Under the pieces are notes generated by a model. That model was not told the origin of the DNA. It worked only from the letters and a program-made list of their open reading frames with translations, and ran no database searches. Positions 49,318 to 49,827 of a stretch of 49,827 bases of DNA are shown one piece after another. The stretch's first letter is position 1. The number at the start of each line of letters is the position of its first letter. A program made the position numbers and the translations under genes. Source of the stretch: Candidatus Hadarchaeota archaeon (lineage in GTDB: Archaea; Hadarchaeota; Hadarchaeia; Hadarchaeales; JAGGTB01); NCBI GenBank assembly GCA_964384105.1, contig CAYLJV010000008.1, positions 1-49,827 on the forward strand, read 5' to 3'.

Positions 49318-49455
49318 CTAGCATCTTTCCTTTTTATGTTCCTTAAAGATTTTTCTAGCTCTCTTTCCACCTTCGTCGAGCTTCTTTTTACCTGCTTCTA
49401 GCTTTACTTTTATTGACTTCACTTTTTTCTTTATTTCGTCTTCAGATCTGCTCAT
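49318..49455 (-). CDS. possible 45-aa basic microprotein
   Basis: GGAGA RBS; MSRSEDEIKKKVKSIK...ERC*. Confidence 0.35.
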   Translation of the reverse strand: MSRSEDEIKKKVKSIKVKLEAGKKKLDEGGKRARKIFKEHKKERC

Positions 49456-49575
49456 AGTTTCTCCATTTTAACATAATCTCAAAGATTAATAATAAAGTTA
49501 AGTGATGCCAAAACATTAAAAATAAAACACGAGTAATAAATGAGTTCTCGTTTTCCTATTCTTCTTTACATCTAA

Positions 49576-49815
49576 CTAAGCAGTAACGTTTTGTATCCTA
49601 ATCTTTTGAAAAGAGCTTTGAAATTCAAGTCCAGTTTTTTTCCTGTAGGACTCCTCTTTGAATTTGTCTTTAAGAAGCCTAAACAATCCTTCAACATCCG
49701 TATCTTCGGAGAAAAAAGGAATTGCTTTCATTTCTTCTATGGTAAGCTCTCCCTCGCTCAACAGAATAGCACCAGCCAATTTAAGACCTAATTTATCATT
49801 ATCTTTCAATCTCAT
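49576..49815 (-). CDS. hypothetical protein
   Basis: ORF with GGAG RBS; no family recognised. Confidence 0.5.
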   Translation of the reverse strand: MRLKDNDKLGLKLAGAILLSEGELTIEEMKAIPFFSEDTDVEGLFRLLKDKFKEESYRKKTGLEFQSSFQKIRIQNVTA

Positions 49816-49827
49816 TTTCCCGACTCC

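Noticed and set aside
1-49827. CRISPR arrays, IS/transposases, integrases, rRNA; numerous antisense shadow ORFs in the track
   Set aside because: No regularly spaced repeats or recombinase motifs seen; shadow ORFs lie opposite well-supported genes

Overview
Archaeal chromosomal window. Evidence: TFB, GGGP synthase, rpl40e, BHB-intron tRNAs, TATA promoters and GGAGGTG RBS. Acidic secreted proteins suggest a brine-dwelling lineage such as MSBL1/Hadarchaea, but that taxonomy is only an inference. Main contents: (1) a SipW/TasA-like surface-fibre locus at 0.2-8.6 kb plus a detached TasA-vWA paralog at 16.4 kb. These share an apparently undescribed 23-bp operator (GAAY-N3-RTTC-T-GAAY-N3-RTTY) 7-8 bp upstream of the TATA box, and three of the genes share a two-hairpin 5'-leader. 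(2) Four tRNAs: Leu-TAG with a non-canonical 30/31 intron, Glu-TTC, Val-CAC and iMet with a 57-nt intron. (3) An unexplained structured RNA closed by a perfect bulge-helix-bulge motif, predicting a 105-nt excised RNA. (4) A VapBC-type islet at tRNA-Val. (5) Housekeeping genes: GGGPS, nnrDE and DAP-pathway lysA/lysC/dapA/dapB/asd. (6) A histidine kinase lacking its catalytic His. (7) A 13-gene NifX/Mrp/DUF134/DUF5320 operon with palindromic operators. No CRISPR array, rRNA or transposase was seen. All family calls come from motif recognition by eye, not database searches.
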